From a virus (lineage: Duplodnaviria; Caudoviricetes), in the IMG/VR virus record IMGVR_UViG_3300022741_000065, positions 1 through 35,194 of that record: 35,194 bases of DNA; one strand, 5' to 3'. A model generated the notes under the pieces. The model worked only from the letters and a program-made list of their open reading frames with translations. It was not told the origin of the DNA and did no database searches. Positions 1 through 9,208 of the stretch are shown here, in pieces (within the stretch, counting starts at the first letter, position 1; each line of letters opens with the position of its first letter). The translations under genes and the position numbers were made by a program.

Positions 1-1197
1 CTACCCATTCACCACGCGCAGCTTGGGCGTCTGCTGCTGGCGCTCGCGGATCACTGCTGCTTGCGCAACCACCTTGAGTATCGTGCGCGTGCCCTGGCGG
101 TCGCTGGCGTGGTTGGCCAACTCCACCAGGCGGCCGAGGTCTGCCGATGCGTAGTGCTCCGGCATGGACGCCCCACCGTGGCCCATCAGCGCGTTGCGGT
201 CCTCAGCCTCGACGCCAGCCAGCCGGAGCCGGCTGGCGAAGGTATGCCGAAGGTCATGCACCCGTACCTGCGGCAGGCCCGCGCGGGCTCGCGCGCCCTG
301 GAAGCCGGTGTTGTTGATGGTGTCCAGCCGGTCGGTGATCGGGCGCCCCCCGCGCATGATCGTGTAGGGAAAGACCCAGGCGGCGTCCTTTCCGCGCTGC
401 TGCTCGACCACGCTCCACGCCACATCGTTAAGGATTACGACGTGGGGCACGCCGGTCTTGTAGTGCTCTGGAGGCACCACGAAAACACTCCGTCCGATCT
501 CGCGCACGCGCTGTTCCCATCCCCACCGCAGGCCGACCACGTTCTCATCGCGCAGCCCGGTGTTGAGGGCAAGCAGGACGGGATTCACCAGGTGGGCGGG
601 CAGCTCGGCCATGAGGCTGTCTTGCTCGGTCCAGCTCAGGGGGTAGGGCATGCGCGGGTTTTCTTCCAGCATCGTGATGAGAGGGGGAGCCAGCTGCAGC
701 AGGGGCATTCCGGCCTTGTCGCGCCATGCGCGGGCGGCCCGGTTGAGGATGGTGCGGACTACCTCAAGGGTCCGATTCACCGTTGTGGCTGATACCGGCC
801 TGGGCTTGCGCTGGGGGTTGAGCGCCTCGGCCTGGAGGTGCCCGGCCAGGCGGTCGGCCACGAAGTCTTCCAAGGTGCCGTCGTGGATCTGGTCCAGCGG
901 CAGGCGGCCGATATAGGGCAGCAGCATCTTGATGTGCCATGCAATGACCTCGGCGGATTTCTTGCGCTGCGCCTCGATCAGGTATCGAGCCGCCCCATCT
1001 GCAAACAGCGCCCGAGAACTTCCTCGAAGATCCCTGGCGGCGCCGCGGCTTGCGATTTCCGCGGCGAGCCAGCGCTCTGCCTCTTCTTGCGTGACGTGGC
1101 CGAGGCGGGCGCGGATGCGTTCTCCGCGCCAGACCTTGTCGACGGATCGGGTTCCGTCGGCTTCGAGCGAGATTCCGCTCGTTCGTGTGCGTCCCAT
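1..1197 (-). CDS. int: Tyrosine recombinase / phage integrase
   Basis: Catalytic motifs TGLR, HYKT, HDLRHT, LMGH, EHYA; 398 aa. Confidence 0.95.
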   Translation of the reverse strand: MGRTRTSGISLEADGTRSVDKVWRGERIRARLGHVTQEEAERWLAAEIASRGAARDLRGSSRALFADGAARYLIEAQRKKSAEVIAWHIKMLLPYIGRLPLDQIHDGTLEDFVADRLAGHLQAEALNPQRKPRPVSATTVNRTLEVVRTILNRAARAWRDKAGMPLLQLAPPLITMLEENPRMPYPLSWTEQDSLMAELPAHLVNPVLLALNTGLRDENVVGLRWGWEQRVREIGRSVFVVPPEHYKTGVPHVVILNDVAWSVVEQQRGKDAAWVFPYTIMRGGRPITDRLDTINNTGFQGARARAGLPQVRVHDLRHTFASRLRLAGVEAEDRNALMGHGGASMPEHYASADLGRLVELANHASDRQGTRTILKVVAQAAVIRERQQQTPKLRVVNG

Positions 1198-1400
1198 GTT
1201 GTTGCTCCTTTTCCCTTGGGGCGCCCGTTGCGGGATTTATAGTCGTCGGCCCAGCTGTCCAGGTCAATCCGGTCGAAGGCGATGCCGGTCTTGCCGATGG
1301 GGATTTCGGTGATGTGAGGGCGGACTTCACGTTCGAAGAAAGTCACGCCCATCCCCAGGTAGGCGGCCGCCTCGGCGAGTCGGAGAAACCTGGGCTGCAT
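978..1400 (-). CDS. Excisionase/AlpA-like DNA-binding protein with a C-terminal extension overlapping int
   Basis: N-terminus PRFLRLAEAAAYLGMG...FDRIDLDSWAD is typical of Xis-like winged HTH proteins; lies immediately upstream of int. Confidence 0.75.
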   Translation of the reverse strand: MQPRFLRLAEAAAYLGMGVTFFEREVRPHITEIPIGKTGIAFDRIDLDSWADDYKSRNGRPKGKGATTWDAHERAESRSKPTEPDPSTRSGAENASAPASATSRKKRQSAGSPRKSQAAAPPGIFEEVLGRCLQMGRLDT

Positions 1401-1402
1401 GG

Positions 1403-2500
1403 CTATTGGTCGCAGAGCCCGTAGGCCGAGCTGCAGGCGGTTGGTTCGATCAGGCCCGCCAGCATGTCGAGCTGCCGGCCGCCGCGACTGGTGTGCGCCC
1501 AGCGGATCACGTTCTCGATGCGGTTGGCCTCATGCACCCGGCGGTCGTTCCAGTTCCCCGCGTGCAACTCCTTATTGAAGAAGGTGGAGAAGCCGCGCTT
1601 GCTGGCAAGAGAAACGCGGGCTTCCCACTCGGCCTTCTCCTGCAGGCTTTCCGGGAATCGGGCGTTGGTCTGGCGGATCTGCTCCTTGTCGCAGTTGATG
1701 CAGGGCATGCAGCCGACCCGCGTCTGCCCCTGGCGGTACAAGGGATTCGGCTGGATGCCGTGAGCGTGGCAGTAGGCGAACACATCCGCCGCCGTTGCAT
1801 CCACCCACGGCCGGTAGGCGTACATGCCCGGCCCGATCAACTCGAAGCGCTTCGCGTCGCGCCGATTAACCGATTCATCCCGCCGCACGCCCTGCCAACT
1901 CACCACCGTGTAGCCGGCATCCACCAGGTCGAGCTGGTAGGCAACAGCCACGTTCCGCTTCAGCTCCTCGGTGCAAAACTGCGCTGTCCGCGACGGAAAG
2001 TGCCCCTTCCAGATGCACAGATCGAGGAAAGGGTTGCCGGTAGGCACCAGCGCCGCCAGCGCCCGCCGCTTCGCCTTGTTCGTCCAGCGCACCCGTCGGC
2101 CGCCGCCGACCTTGCGGGTTTTCTGCACCGGCTCCTGCACGCGCTCGCCGTTGCGGGTGACGGTGCGCATCACGATATTGCCGCGGCAGTCCCGCTTCGG
2201 AACGGGCTTGTCGGCGGCGTCGAACACAGGCGCGGTGTCGTACTCCCTGCGGGTGCGCACGTCGCGGGCGACGAAGCGGCGCTTGGCGGCGATTTCGGCG
2301 TCGAAGTTGGCGCGAAGCCGAACAATGCGCACACCCAGGGCCTCTTCGAGATAGTCGAGGTAGCGGTGCACCTCATCGTGCTCGTTGCCCGTGTCGCAGA
2401 AAATGCCGATGACACGGCGGGCGCCAAAGCGCCGGACGGCCAGCAGCAGGGTGGCTGCGCTGTCCTTGCCGCCGGAGACTGAGACGACGTGGAGGATCAC
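1403..2500 (-). CDS. Phage PAPS-reductase-family (PP-loop, DndC/CysH-like) protein
   Basis: SVSGGKDS PP-loop, DTGNEH, FCTEELK, GVRRDES, RVGCMPC; GTG start at 2500 overlaps the upstream TGA (GTGA). Confidence 0.9.
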   Translation of the reverse strand: MILHVVSVSGGKDSAATLLLAVRRFGARRVIGIFCDTGNEHDEVHRYLDYLEEALGVRIVRLRANFDAEIAAKRRFVARDVRTRREYDTAPVFDAADKPVPKRDCRGNIVMRTVTRNGERVQEPVQKTRKVGGGRRVRWTNKAKRRALAALVPTGNPFLDLCIWKGHFPSRTAQFCTEELKRNVAVAYQLDLVDAGYTVVSWQGVRRDESVNRRDAKRFELIGPGMYAYRPWVDATAADVFAYCHAHGIQPNPLYRQGQTRVGCMPCINCDKEQIRQTNARFPESLQEKAEWEARVSLASKRGFSTFFNKELHAGNWNDRRVHEANRIENVIRWAHTSRGGRQLDMLAGLIEPTACSSAYGLCDQ

Positions 2501-3123
2501 GCTTCCAGCCTCCGGAACTCGATCACCCACACCCACGGGTTCAAATCCCACGATCCGCGTCCGTTGATCTCCTGCCAGACGTGCTGGAAGTGCTCCTGCG
2601 GGGTGGCGTTGTAGGGGTAGCCGTGAATGGAGTTGTGCCCGCCTGGCGCGCCCTCGGCGACCGCATCGGCCGAGTTGATGTCCTGCAGACGCTCAACGCG
2701 TACTGCGGTGATCTCAAGCACGATGCGGCAGGCCGCCCGGGGCATGTGGATCGACGGCCGCCACGTCCGGTACCTGCCCTCCGGCGACCGTTCGCCGTCC
2801 GGGCCGTGCGGATCGTCGAGGTAGTCCGCCCGGTAGAACACGCCGCAGGACGCTTCGTAGGGGCCGCTCGGGTGGTTCGAGTGCTGCCACGTTTCGCGCA
2901 CCCACAGCCGGTCGCCGGGCCGACCGAACGGGCAAGCCTTCCAGCTGCGGAGCCCGGAATACGTGTTCTCGATCTCGAGCAGGCCCGCTTCCGCGTCGAA
3001 GTCGCAGGCCACCACGACGTCGGGGCGCGAGGTTCTCACGGCCCCACGCCTGGTCTGCGTCTTCCGCCCGGCAAGAATCGCGCGGATCATCGGCCCGCTG
3101 AAAAGGATCGGGTGCTCTTTCAC
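2497..3123 (-). CDS. ASCH/PUA-like phage protein
   Basis: PILFSGPMIRAILAGRKTQTRR...PGDRLWVRETW...WRPSIHMPR...NPWVWVIEF motif set. Confidence 0.75.
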   Translation of the reverse strand: MKEHPILFSGPMIRAILAGRKTQTRRGAVRTSRPDVVVACDFDAEAGLLEIENTYSGLRSWKACPFGRPGDRLWVRETWQHSNHPSGPYEASCGVFYRADYLDDPHGPDGERSPEGRYRTWRPSIHMPRAACRIVLEITAVRVERLQDINSADAVAEGAPGGHNSIHGYPYNATPQEHFQHVWQEINGRGSWDLNPWVWVIEFRRLEA

Positions 3124-3458
3124 GGTTGCACCTCGCTGGCGCTATCCGCGAGGGCATACACATTCACCCGGTGGCGGCCGGTGCTGCATGTGCCGGGAGT
3201 GACGATGCGGCCGCGCTTGATCAGCGCGCCGAGGGCGGAGCTGACGTCGTTGCCGGTGCTGCCGGGCAGCTTTGCGACCAGCTCCGGGCGGGTGGCGCTA
3301 CCGGCGGCGAGCACGTCGAGGATGCGGGCGGTCAGGGGGCGGCCGTCGGCGCCTTCCTCCGCGTCGTCGGGGCACTCGAAGGTGATCCGGCGCCCGGTGC
3401 CTGCCGGGGTGGGGTAGGGCTTGGCGTGACCGAGCAGCATGGCGAAGTTGGCGCTCAT
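3120..3458 (-). CDS. Hypothetical protein, possible winged-helix
   Basis: ATGA coupling and GGAGG RBS; RILDVL...TRPELVAKL...VSSALGALIKRGRI pattern. Confidence 0.6.
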   Translation of the reverse strand: MSANFAMLLGHAKPYPTPAGTGRRITFECPDDAEEGADGRPLTARILDVLAAGSATRPELVAKLPGSTGNDVSSALGALIKRGRIVTPGTCSTGRHRVNVYALADSASEVQP

Positions 3459-4117
3459 GGCTGGGCCTCCGGGGTGTTTTCGGTGGGCGTGGTTGCCTGG
3501 GCTTCCTGCTCCTTGATGCGTTCGCTGAGCTGCTCGATGTCGCGTTCCGCTTCCCACTTCTTGATTTCGACCAGGTCAGGCGTGGGCGTCCAGAGCTGGT
3601 GCTCCATCGCCATGGAGAAGCGAGTGCCCTCGGCCTTGTCGCGGCGGTACTGTTCCACCCCCTTGGGGTCGGCGTCCTTCCATGGCACGCGCACGATGAG
3701 CAGGCCCAGCGCGGCGGAGCCGCCAATCGTCGCGCTATAGCCGCGGCCCTCGTCGATCAACACGGGGAAGTAAGAGTGCAACTGGATGTGGGGCAGGAGG
3801 CTGGAGAGCGGGAGCACGGCGGGGAGGTCGGCGACGCGCTTGCGCAGCTCGGATGTGGCCTTTGTTCTTTTGCTCGGGCAGTACAGGCCGTCTTTTCGAT
3901 TCCGCTTCCACAGGGTGGAGTCAGGAGGGAGGGCAAAGCTGACGCCCGCGAAGCTGCCATCGCGGTTGGCGTAGATATCCAGGGCGCCGACTTCCTGGGC
4001 GAAGGAGAGCAGGGTTGCCCGCCTCGCCTTGTTGTCCTCTTCGAGCTGCTTCGCCGCCTCCAGCAGCGGGCCGGAGGTGACGCGGAAATAGCGGGAGTAA
4101 ATGCTGGACATGGTCAT
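3455..4117 (-). CDS. Phage hypothetical protein (possibly P22 Eac/DUF5420-like)
   Basis: Translationally coupled ORF of 220 aa; family resemblance is from memory only. Confidence 0.55.
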   Translation of the reverse strand: MTMSSIYSRYFRVTSGPLLEAAKQLEEDNKARRATLLSFAQEVGALDIYANRDGSFAGVSFALPPDSTLWKRNRKDGLYCPSKRTKATSELRKRVADLPAVLPLSSLLPHIQLHSYFPVLIDEGRGYSATIGGSAALGLLIVRVPWKDADPKGVEQYRRDKAEGTRFSMAMEHQLWTPTPDLVEIKKWEAERDIEQLSERIKEQEAQATTPTENTPEAQP

Positions 4118-4302
4118 GCCCTCAGATAGGTTTTGTTCAGATCGATGGGGGCGATGCGGCCGTTCTCGCGGACGGGGATCACCAGCGGTCGGGGGAAGGT
4201 GGAGCGCAGGGGCTTCATCGGCGGGGCTTCGATCGTGGTGAGCACGATGGGCTTGGGGCGCGACGAGTCGTGGGGCTTGCGTTTGGTCTGCTTCGTGCTC
4301 AC
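4114..4302 (-). CDS. Small hypothetical protein
   Basis: GTGA/ATGA overlaps on both sides, GGAGG RBS. Confidence 0.55.
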   Translation of the reverse strand: MSTKQTKRKPHDSSRPKPIVLTTIEAPPMKPLRSTFPRPLVIPVRENGRIAPIDLNKTYLRA

Positions 4303-4610
4303 GGCTGGGCCTCCTGCAGGGGGATGTCGGCATCGCGGCGAACAAGGGCTGTCATGTGGACCTGGCCGTTGGCAATCTCGACATTGCCGAGGCAGTGGGA
4401 GTAGCTGCCAGTCAAGGGGGAGTGCATCGGACTGGTGAGCATGACGATGCGGCCGAGGAGGTCGGCGAGGTCTTCGAAGCCTTGCACTTCGTCGGCGAAC
4501 TGCAGCGCCGCGTGGTACGTGTCGTCATCTTCGCCGGCGAAGCGCTCGGGGTAGATGGCCTGCAGGAGGTCGAACATTTCGAGCTCGTCGAGGGGCTTGA
4601 TGGTCTTCAT
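4299..4610 (-). CDS. Hypothetical phage protein
   Basis: 103-aa acidic ORF coupled to its neighbours. Confidence 0.7.
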   Translation of the reverse strand: MKTIKPLDELEMFDLLQAIYPERFAGEDDDTYHAALQFADEVQGFEDLADLLGRIVMLTSPMHSPLTGSYSHCLGNVEIANGQVHMTALVRRDADIPLQEAQP

Positions 4611-5002
4611 GCGGCCACCTCGGTGATACGCGGGTTGTCGTCAAGGAACAGTTCGCTCCAGCAATCGACGATGCGGATGCCGTAGCTGCCGTCCATGTCG
4701 GGCCAGCCTTCCTGGCCGTTCTTACGGTTGCCTTGTCGGTCCTTCCAGGCGAAGTCACGGATAAGGCTGGCGACGCTTACGCCGAAGTTCGATTCGGCGG
4801 CCATGAACTGCACGTGGTTGAAGAGCATCTTCAGAACGGCGTTGAGGACGGAATCGCTCTCGGCGATCCGTTCTTCGGCGCCTGTCCAGAAGCGGTTGAT
4901 TTCGAGCAGCTTGTCTTCGGTGAGGATGGCGTGGTCTATCTCGACACTTATCTCGAAGTTCTCGCCGCCGAGGTGGTAACGCTTTGTGGTGTTCGGATTC
5001 AC
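4607..5002 (-). CDS. DUF2528-like phage protein
   Basis: EIDHAILTEDKLLEINRFW...VLNAVLKML...EGWPDMDGSYGIRI motif; GTG start overlapping the upstream TGA. Confidence 0.65.
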   Translation of the reverse strand: MNPNTTKRYHLGGENFEISVEIDHAILTEDKLLEINRFWTGAEERIAESDSVLNAVLKMLFNHVQFMAAESNFGVSVASLIRDFAWKDRQGNRKNGQEGWPDMDGSYGIRIVDCWSELFLDDNPRITEVAA

Positions 5003-5220
5003 AGCAGTGCTCCTAATTTGAGTTGCCGCTCGATGTCGCGGCGGATGTCCTGGGCGTTGATCAGGGGCACGGGCACGCCCCTCTTGTTGAGCTGCTCGGC
5101 CAGGTCGTTGATGTGGTTGCGGCGGTCGGCCAGGGTGGGCAGCGCGATGCGCTGGAGGGTTTCGAGGTCGGCCACGTTGGCGCGGTAGCGCCACAGCAGG
5201 AGGCGGGTGCGGAAGCTCAT
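4999..5220 (-). CDS. Small hypothetical protein
   Basis: ATGA-coupled ORF MSFRTRLLLW..., 73 aa. Confidence 0.55.
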   Translation of the reverse strand: MSFRTRLLLWRYRANVADLETLQRIALPTLADRRNHINDLAEQLNKRGVPVPLINAQDIRRDIERQLKLGALL

Positions 5221-5489
5221 GCCGGCACCCCGGAGGTTTCGTGCTGCAGGGTGTGGAGGGCCTCGACGCGCTCCAGGTCGATCAGGCTGGCGCCGACGAG
5301 GGGCGAGGCCAGCGCGAGCAGGATCTCGACTTCGGCGATTGCGGTGGACAGCGCGGCCTTGTCGGCGGGGCGCATGGCGGCCATGGGGATCAGCTCGGCC
5401 TTGAGGTGGTCGCAGGCGACCATCAGGCGGGTGGCGATCTGGTGCCCGCCCATGGCGAGGCGGGCGTCTTGCAGGGTGCGGTTGCACAT
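5217..5489 (-). CDS. Hypothetical protein
   Basis: 90-aa helical ORF with AAGGAGG RBS. Confidence 0.65.
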   Translation of the reverse strand: MCNRTLQDARLAMGGHQIATRLMVACDHLKAELIPMAAMRPADKAALSTAIAEVEILLALASPLVGASLIDLERVEALHTLQHETSGVPA

Positions 5490-5502
5490 GTGGGCGGCCT
5501 CC

Positions 5503-5973
5503 TTACTCGAACAGTTCGGGGTGGTCGCGGTGCAGGATTTCGCGCGCGAGGTCCATGAAATCGGGGTCGTTCTCGCCGTGCTTGGCGTAGCTGTCGAGCA
5601 GCTCCAGGGCGATGGCGACGTGGTGCTCGTCGGCGTTTGCCAGGAGGCTGGTGAGGTCCAGCGTCCATTGGTTGCCGTTGTAGAGATGGAGCACCAGGGA
5701 CGAGAGGCGCAGGGCGGTGCTGTAGCCGCCTTTGATTTCCGCCCGGTAGCGGGCGAAGGGGGAATCTATTGCCGCGTCCGCGATGGCGTCTGCGGCCTCG
5801 TTGGCGCTGAGGCGCGCCGCTTCGAAGCGCTCGATGGTGGCGACGGCTTTCTCGCGCTTGTCGGTGTCGCCGTCGTAGCCGGCGAAAAGCTCGCCGCTCT
5901 CTATCGACGCGCTCAAGGCGTTGGCGGCCTGGAGCAACTCGCCGAACGCTGTGGCTTGGTGCTGGGTGGTCAT
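5503..5973 (-). CDS. Hypothetical phage protein
   Basis: 156-aa ORF with TAAGGAGG RBS. Confidence 0.75.
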   Translation of the reverse strand: MTTQHQATAFGELLQAANALSASIESGELFAGYDGDTDKREKAVATIERFEAARLSANEAADAIADAAIDSPFARYRAEIKGGYSTALRLSSLVLHLYNGNQWTLDLTSLLANADEHHVAIALELLDSYAKHGENDPDFMDLAREILHRDHPELFE

Positions 5974-5986
5974 GATGTGTGCCTCC

Positions 5987-6223
5987 TTAAGGACGGTGGT
6001 TGGTGCTGCTGGTGTTGCTGTGATCGGGGTGGCTGCGCTCGATGCCGGCGCCGGCCGCGCTGGTGGCCTGGCGGGCGCGGCGGCGGCGCTGGCGGGCTAC
6101 GCCCAGCTCCAGGCAGGCGCGCAGGCAGGGGTTGCCGATTGCGGTTTCGAAGCTGATGCCGCGGGCTTCGAGTCGGGCCAGGCGGTAGGCCCAGCGCAGT
6201 TCGGGTTCGGTGGCGGGGGTCAT
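5987..6223 (-). CDS. Small hypothetical protein
   Basis: ATGA-coupled ORF in the early operon. Confidence 0.45.
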   Translation of the reverse strand: MTPATEPELRWAYRLARLEARGISFETAIGNPCLRACLELGVARQRRRRARQATSAAGAGIERSHPDHSNTSSTNHRP

Positions 6224-6441
6224 TGCGGTGTCCACCTCAGGCAGCTGGAAAACTTGCGAGTGGGGAAGGCGGCAAGGCCGCAGTGCCAGTAGGCGTCGCT
6301 GTGGGGCAGGGTGTAGAGGTGCGAGCAGGTGGCGCAGGGTTGCGCGCCTGCCGCCCGGCGCTGGGCCGGGGTCATCCAGCCTTGCTGTGCGCGGGCTTTC
6401 GCTTGCCGTCCGGTGGGGTGAGCGAAGAGGGCCATGCTCAT
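6220..6441 (-). CDS. Small Cys-rich (CxxC...C...C) protein
   Basis: ATG overlaps the primase stop; CATC...HCG...SC. Confidence 0.55.
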   Translation of the reverse strand: MSMALFAHPTGRQAKARAQQGWMTPAQRRAAGAQPCATCSHLYTLPHSDAYWHCGLAAFPTRKFSSCLRWTPQ

Positions 6442-9119
6442 ACCCGCCTGAAAACCCAGCACTTCACGGTGACGGCGCGCTGTGCGCTTTCGTCCGCCCG
6501 GTTGTTGAACTGCCGGTTGATGACGGACGCGACGGCCTTGATGTCCTCGAACTTGGGTTCCACGCTGTTGCGCAGCGCGGTCTTCAGTTCTGAGAGCAGG
6601 GGAACCTGCTGGCGCCGCTCGGAGGCCACTTGCATGAAGTGGTTGAGATTGACGGCGATCAGCTCGGGGTCGGCCGAGTGATTGAGGCGGGAATGCCCCA
6701 TGCCGTCTTCGTCGGTGTTGTCGAGGTAGTCGAAGGCTTCCCAGAAGGCCTCGACGATCTTCGGGTTCTTGCGCAGGCGCTGCTCACGATCCTTCGCGGC
6801 TTCGACCAGCCAGCTCTTCGCCTCGGCTTTCTGGGCGTCGGTGATGGGGCAGACAAGCCTGAGCGCATCGACCATCACCATGAGCTGGGCGTGGTTCTTC
6901 TGTATCCGCTGGTTCTGAGCGCCGACGGTGGCGATGTGACGCTCGTACCCCCGTACCCGGTCATGCATCAGCGAAAGCACTTCGGCTTCCTTGCTGGTGG
7001 CGCGAATGAGGAAGGAGGAATAGTCCTTGGTGGGCAGGTGGCGCAGCTCAAGAGCTGCGTCACGGCCCGCCTCGGTCAAATGGCTCTTGTCGAACCACAG
7101 CTGGACGATGCGTTCCAGGATGGCCGGGGAGGCCTGCACCTCTTCGTTTTGGCTGATGACAAGCGCGCCGCGGAATTGCGGGTCATAAGTGTCATTGCCG
7201 CTGCTCTTGACGCCAGTGGTGCGCAGGGAGCCGCCGTTGTAGAGGCTCTTCAGACTGTCCCAATGGAACTGCTGCTTGGGGCGGCCCTTGCCGCTATCGC
7301 TCCCCTCGTCGGAGCGGTCGGATTCGAGCAGCACGATGGGCAGGTTGGATACCTGGGCCATCGTCCGCATGAAGCCCACCATGGAGCCTTTCTCAGGGTC
7401 GAAGCCCTCATAGCCGGCGCGGCCCATCAGCCGCCAGAGGGTTTCCAGCAGGGTGGATTTGCCCGAGCCGGGTTTGCCCACGATCTCCAGAAACGGGAAG
7501 CTTTCGAAGTGCTCGCGGATCTGCTCGGCGAAGAGGGAGCCGAGCCAGGCGGCCAGCGCGACAACGCCGCGAGTGCCGAAGCACAGGTAGAAGCGCTCGA
7601 ACCAGATGACGGGCGCTTTCGTGTCGGTGTTGAGGTCCAGCTTCAGCGAGCGGGACAGGCTCTTGATGGCCAGGCGGTCGAGGTCGAAGTAGTCCTCGTC
7701 GTTGATCTCATAAACGCGCCCGGCCTTTACCGCGACGTCGCTATACACATAGGCGCCGTGCACTGCGGAGTAGCCGATGTAATCGACGGTTTCGACCGTC
7801 TTGATGTTGTAGGTCCAGCGGGATAGGAGGCGGTCCAACTGGCCGGCCGATCCGGTCCAGATGGCGCCAGCGGCGGAGTGCAGCAGGCGCTTTTTGAACT
7901 CAGCGGCGGCGGAGAGCTGGCCGGCGCTGAAGGTGTTCTTCACCGGCCGCCCTTCGTGCGGGAAGCTGATGCGGAAGTAGTACCAGGCCTCGTCCGTTAC
8001 CTCGTTCTTCAGGTAGTAGAGGGGCTGGGGCAGGCAGTTGCAGATTTCGACGACGGTATTGCTCTGCAGCAGTGCCTGCTCGCGGATCTCATCGACCGAG
8101 CGGTCCGGGTTCGCCTTCTCCAGGGACTCTTCGGTCTTGGTCAGCTTTTCCAGATCCAGCTTCCACCAGTACAGGCGGCAGTCGAACTCGAAGGGGAAGC
8201 TCGACCAGCCGTGCTTGCTATAGACGAGGTTGCCTTTCTCGGAGGGCGTTTTCGCCAGCAGCAGGCTTCCGAAGTAGCGGTAGTCTTCCAGGTGCTTGGA
8301 GGTCAGCCGGTCGAGCTGCAGCAGCTCGTTCCAGTCCAGCTTCTTCCGCCCGGCTGGCGGTTGTGCGGCGGTGGCCTTCCAGCCGTCCTTGATGGCCCGC
8401 GCCACGAATGCACGCGTAAAGTCCTCGCCCGCCTTGCCTGTGTCGTAGGCGAAAACCAGCGCGGGGCGGCCGAGGGGCTTCTGTTCAGCCAGCGCCTGCA
8501 GCGCCGCCGCGGGGTAGTTGTTGCAAGAGAGCGTGGAAACCGCCGAGATGCCCGCGTGCAGTAGGGCGATGGCGTCGAAGATTCCCTCGGTGATCCAGAT
8601 TTCTGCCTGCTCGGCCAGCGCCAGTCCGGGCGGTTGCCACCAGGTGCCCTGATAAGCCCCGCTGAAGGTGGCCTTGCGCTTTCCGAAGCGGTGCGGGCGG
8701 TCGATGATCCGTTCCCAGTAGCCCACGCCCGGAAGCGGAAAGCGCACCGTTGCGCTGCCGATGTTCAGCTCCGCGTTCCAGTAGCTTTCCTGGCTGTACC
8801 AGCCTTTGACCTTGGAGAGGTCGAAGCCGCGGCCATCGCGCAGATAAGCGTCCGCCGCGGCGGTCGGGTCTTGGGCGGTAACCGGGTAGTGCTTGCTCCA
8901 GTCCTCGAACAGATCCGGGTAAAGCTCCTTGATGTGGCCTTCCCAGCCGCACTTGTCGAGGCGGCCGCAGCGCAGCACCCAGGGCTTGGCCGCGCGGGTG
9001 TAAAGCTCCTTCTTCCCGCAGCTGGGGCACACCCCGCGGCGTAGGTCGCCGTTCTTCTCCTTGAACTCGTAATCGTTCAGGAGGCGGGTCGTGACTGTGT
9101 TGTGAAGGCTTGGATTCAT
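6438..9119 (-). CDS. Replication protein: Zn-finger + TOPRIM primase + P-loop helicase (phiCTX-type)
   Basis: CPSCGK...CGRLDKC Zn finger, ITEGIFDAIAL and FAYD TOPRIM motifs, Walker A GKPGSGKST; 893 aa. Confidence 0.92.
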   Translation of the reverse strand: MNPSLHNTVTTRLLNDYEFKEKNGDLRRGVCPSCGKKELYTRAAKPWVLRCGRLDKCGWEGHIKELYPDLFEDWSKHYPVTAQDPTAAADAYLRDGRGFDLSKVKGWYSQESYWNAELNIGSATVRFPLPGVGYWERIIDRPHRFGKRKATFSGAYQGTWWQPPGLALAEQAEIWITEGIFDAIALLHAGISAVSTLSCNNYPAAALQALAEQKPLGRPALVFAYDTGKAGEDFTRAFVARAIKDGWKATAAQPPAGRKKLDWNELLQLDRLTSKHLEDYRYFGSLLLAKTPSEKGNLVYSKHGWSSFPFEFDCRLYWWKLDLEKLTKTEESLEKANPDRSVDEIREQALLQSNTVVEICNCLPQPLYYLKNEVTDEAWYYFRISFPHEGRPVKNTFSAGQLSAAAEFKKRLLHSAAGAIWTGSAGQLDRLLSRWTYNIKTVETVDYIGYSAVHGAYVYSDVAVKAGRVYEINDEDYFDLDRLAIKSLSRSLKLDLNTDTKAPVIWFERFYLCFGTRGVVALAAWLGSLFAEQIREHFESFPFLEIVGKPGSGKSTLLETLWRLMGRAGYEGFDPEKGSMVGFMRTMAQVSNLPIVLLESDRSDEGSDSGKGRPKQQFHWDSLKSLYNGGSLRTTGVKSSGNDTYDPQFRGALVISQNEEVQASPAILERIVQLWFDKSHLTEAGRDAALELRHLPTKDYSSFLIRATSKEAEVLSLMHDRVRGYERHIATVGAQNQRIQKNHAQLMVMVDALRLVCPITDAQKAEAKSWLVEAAKDREQRLRKNPKIVEAFWEAFDYLDNTDEDGMGHSRLNHSADPELIAVNLNHFMQVASERRQQVPLLSELKTALRNSVEPKFEDIKAVASVINRQFNNRADESAQRAVTVKCWVFRRV

Positions 9120-9208
9120 CAGATTTCAGGCAAAGCGAATCCCTCGCGCCTGAAAACAGGCACGAAGGCGGGTTAACGAGTTGTGGGGGTGTTACGCGCG
9201 GGGGCGCG

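Noticed and set aside
1-60. Attachment site or tRNA target
   Set aside because: The window begins at the integrase stop codon, so att would lie outside it; no tRNA seen
1403-2500. Complete Dnd/Ssp phosphorothioation system or a true cysH
   Set aside because: No cysteine desulfurase, DndD/E or SspB/C partners, and no ECGLH motif
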